DNA from: Bacteroidota bacterium
Lineage (GTDB): Bacteria; Bacteroidota; Ignavibacteria; Kapaibacteriales; UBA961
Assembly: GCA_049317525.1 (NCBI GenBank)
Contig: JBMOIC010000010.1
Span: 125 to 64,124, forward strand
Direction of reading: 5' to 3'
Length of the DNA stretch: 64,000 bases
The notes beneath the pieces are model-generated. The model had not been told where the DNA came from and made no database searches. It saw nothing but the letters and a program-made list of their open reading frames with translations. How positions within the stretch are numbered: position 1 is the first letter of the stretch; every line of letters begins with the position of its first letter. The position numbers were made by a program, and so were the translations under genes. Shown one piece after another: positions 62,231-64,000 of this stretch.

Positions 62231-62767
62231 TCAATTATCTAATGTCTGTATGATACATAATACAGAACCTTTTTCAATAGCCTTTCCAATCTGAGTACTA
62301 ACTTTTGATACGATGCCATGAACAGGTGCTTTTATAGAATTCTCCATCTTCATAGCTTCTAATACAAAAAGTGTTTCTCCTTTTCGGACTCTTTTTCCTT
62401 CGGTACACAGAATTTCTTTTAATAATCCTGGCATCGGTGCTAGTAATTTGTTGACAGATTTAGATGTTACATTGCTTGATTGAAGTAATTTCTGATAATG
62501 ATATTGTATATCATTAAGAATATATGCCGGATAACTATAACCATTTAAAGAAAGCTCAACTGTATTTCCTTGAACTTTTGCATATACAATTGTATCAATT
62601 CCAATTTTATTATCATGTAACTTAAGTATGCACGGATATTCACTTATTATCGAAATAGAAAATTCGTTTTCTAAGATATGAACTGTTCCTGATTCTTCTA
62701 AGTTTATAGAAATGAAGTGCTTACTATCAGTATATTCGGCATTTGCAAAGTAATTATTGGACATCAA
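62231..62767 (-). CDS. biotin/lipoyl-attachment domain protein (biotin carboxyl carrier-like)
   Basis: The C-terminus EAMKMEN carries the AMKM biotinylation motif within a hybrid-barrel context. The N-terminal half is unassigned. Confidence 0.55.
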   Translation of the reverse strand: MMSNNYFANAEYTDSKHFISINLEESGTVHILENEFSISIISEYPCILKLHDNKIGIDTIVYAKVQGNTVELSLNGYSYPAYILNDIQYHYQKLLQSSNVTSKSVNKLLAPMPGLLKEILCTEGKRVRKGETLFVLEAMKMENSIKAPVHGIVSKVSTQIGKAIEKGSVLCIIQTLDN

Positions 62768-62853
62768 TTCAACTGAGTGTGTAACAAGTATGTTGAAGGT
62801 TGATGAAAATTAGTTAAATTTTTTCGTTTACGCATATAAAATTATCCACATTA

Positions 62854-63222
62854 ATGAAAAATTTTAGAAGTTTACCACATGATCAACAGAAAAATACTCA
62901 AGATTTTTATGCTAGAGTATATGATCTTGTTCGCTTGATCCCCCCTGGAAAGGTTTGTACCTATGGAATTATTGCAGAATTTTTAGGTGCAAAATCCTCT
63001 TCTAGAATGGTTGGCTGGGCTTTAAATTGTGTGATTGACCGTATAGATATTCCATGCCATAGAGTTGTAAATCGCAATGGTGATTTAACTGGAAAACTTC
63101 ATTTTGCTTATCCAGAACAAATGAAAGAATTGCTATTGTCTGAGAATATTCAATTTATAGGTGAATCTGTAGATATACACAAACATTTATGGAATCCTCG
63201 TGATCAGGATTTAATTACTTAA
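62854..63222 (+). CDS. MGMT-family protein (O6-alkylguanine-DNA alkyltransferase DNA-binding/active-site domain only)
   Basis: The PCHRVV active-site motif is present. Confidence 0.7.
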   Translation: MKNFRSLPHDQQKNTQDFYARVYDLVRLIPPGKVCTYGIIAEFLGAKSSSRMVGWALNCVIDRIDIPCHRVVNRNGDLTGKLHFAYPEQMKELLLSENIQFIGESVDIHKHLWNPRDQDLIT

Positions 63223-63249
63223 TATTTAACCATATATCTTTGATATAAT

Positions 63250-63960
63250 ATGAAATCTAATCGTAGAAACTTTATTGGTGCTTTTGCTTCTTTTTCAGCA
63301 TTAGCTAGTACAAAAATATTTGCATCTTCAGAAGATTCTTCTACTGGGATGCTAACTAAACATGAACTTCCAGCGCTACCATATGCATATAATGCTTTAG
63401 AACCATATATTGATGCTAGAACCATGGAATTACATCATTCTAAACATCATAAGGCTTATGTAGATGGTTTAAATAAAGCAGAAGCAGAATTAGCTAAAGC
63501 TCGTTCTTTACAAGATTATAGTTTCATTCAATATTGGAGTAAACAATCTGCATTTCATGGAGGTGGGCATGCTTTACATTCTTTATTTTGGAAATCTATG
63601 GCTTCACCATCCCAAGGTGGTGGTGGAGAACCAAAAGGACTTTTATCAGAAAAAATTAAAGAAGATTTTGGATCATTTGACTCTTTTAAAAAGCAATTTT
63701 CAGCTGCTGCTGCTTCTGTAGAAGGTAGTGGATGGGCAATTCTTCATTTAAGAAAAAGCGATAATCGTCTGATAATTTTACAAGCAGAAAATCAACATAA
63801 ATTGTCTGCTTGGGATACAATCCCTTTACTTAATATTGATGTTTGGGAACATGCATATTATCTTACATATCAGAATAAAAGGGCAGACTATATACAAGCT
63901 TGGTGGAATATTGTGAATTGGCGTTTTGTTGAAGAAATGTATACGCTATATAGAAAATAA
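63250..63960 (+). CDS. Fe/Mn superoxide dismutase with Tat signal peptide
   Basis: The N-terminus RRNFIGAFASFSALA is a Tat motif. The SOD signatures are HHSKHH...DVWEHAYY. Confidence 0.85.
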   Translation: MKSNRRNFIGAFASFSALASTKIFASSEDSSTGMLTKHELPALPYAYNALEPYIDARTMELHHSKHHKAYVDGLNKAEAELAKARSLQDYSFIQYWSKQSAFHGGGHALHSLFWKSMASPSQGGGGEPKGLLSEKIKEDFGSFDSFKKQFSAAAASVEGSGWAILHLRKSDNRLIILQAENQHKLSAWDTIPLLNIDVWEHAYYLTYQNKRADYIQAWWNIVNWRFVEEMYTLYRK

Positions 63961-64000
63961 TTATTCACTTTATATTTTTATTCTGAAATTTATGATATAC

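Noticed and set aside
63219-63425. 68-aa minus-strand ORF overlapping the MGMT stop and SOD start
   Set aside because: It overlaps two supported genes and the Tat signal region of SOD on the opposite strand.

Overview
This is an AT-rich, gene-dense chromosomal segment with short or overlapping intergenic gaps. It is most consistent with a bacterium of the FCB group (Bacteroidota or Ignavibacteriota-like). The supporting cues are a C-terminal T9SS sorting domain on a 1.5-kaa surface protein, a three-gene succinate dehydrogenase or fumarate reductase with a single cytochrome b subunit, ArgH and GlmM N-termini of the Bacteroidetes type, and TAnnTTTG-like boxes upstream of several genes.

Recognisable core genes include gyrA, two tRNA-Ser (one cut by the window edge), class I fructose-bisphosphate aldolase (fbaB), sdhCAB, icd, pyrG, argH, queG, ltaE, ugd, a GlmM-like mutase, pirin and a Tat-exported Fe/Mn SOD.

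Interleaved with these are cell-envelope and accessory modules that existing families do not fully explain:
- A signal-peptide protein with DUF4159-like (GATase-like) features followed by a 1163-aa double-TM, beta-rich, giant Q/K/E coiled-coil protein, coupled to two periplasmic thiol-disulfide oxidoreductases.
- A large TPR protein, outer-membrane beta-barrel, SPOR protein, TonB-C protein and micro membrane protein cluster with no ExbBD or TolQR.
- A paralogous pair of proteins sharing a tandem OmpA-like C-terminal module behind different N-termini (beta-barrel versus TolB-like propeller).
- A 1568-aa vWA, multi-Ig, T9SS-CTD adhesin-like protein.
- Divergent Tat-exported PLP enzyme and Tat-exported L,D-carboxypeptidase.
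- A CcmF/NrfE-like haem lyase embedded with a secreted TldD-like protease.
- ugd plus a membrane GT2, suggesting a glucuronosyl-lipid.

No CRISPR array, transposase, integrase, rRNA or obvious prophage was seen. All calls are from reading the translations and sequence by eye, and no database search was run.
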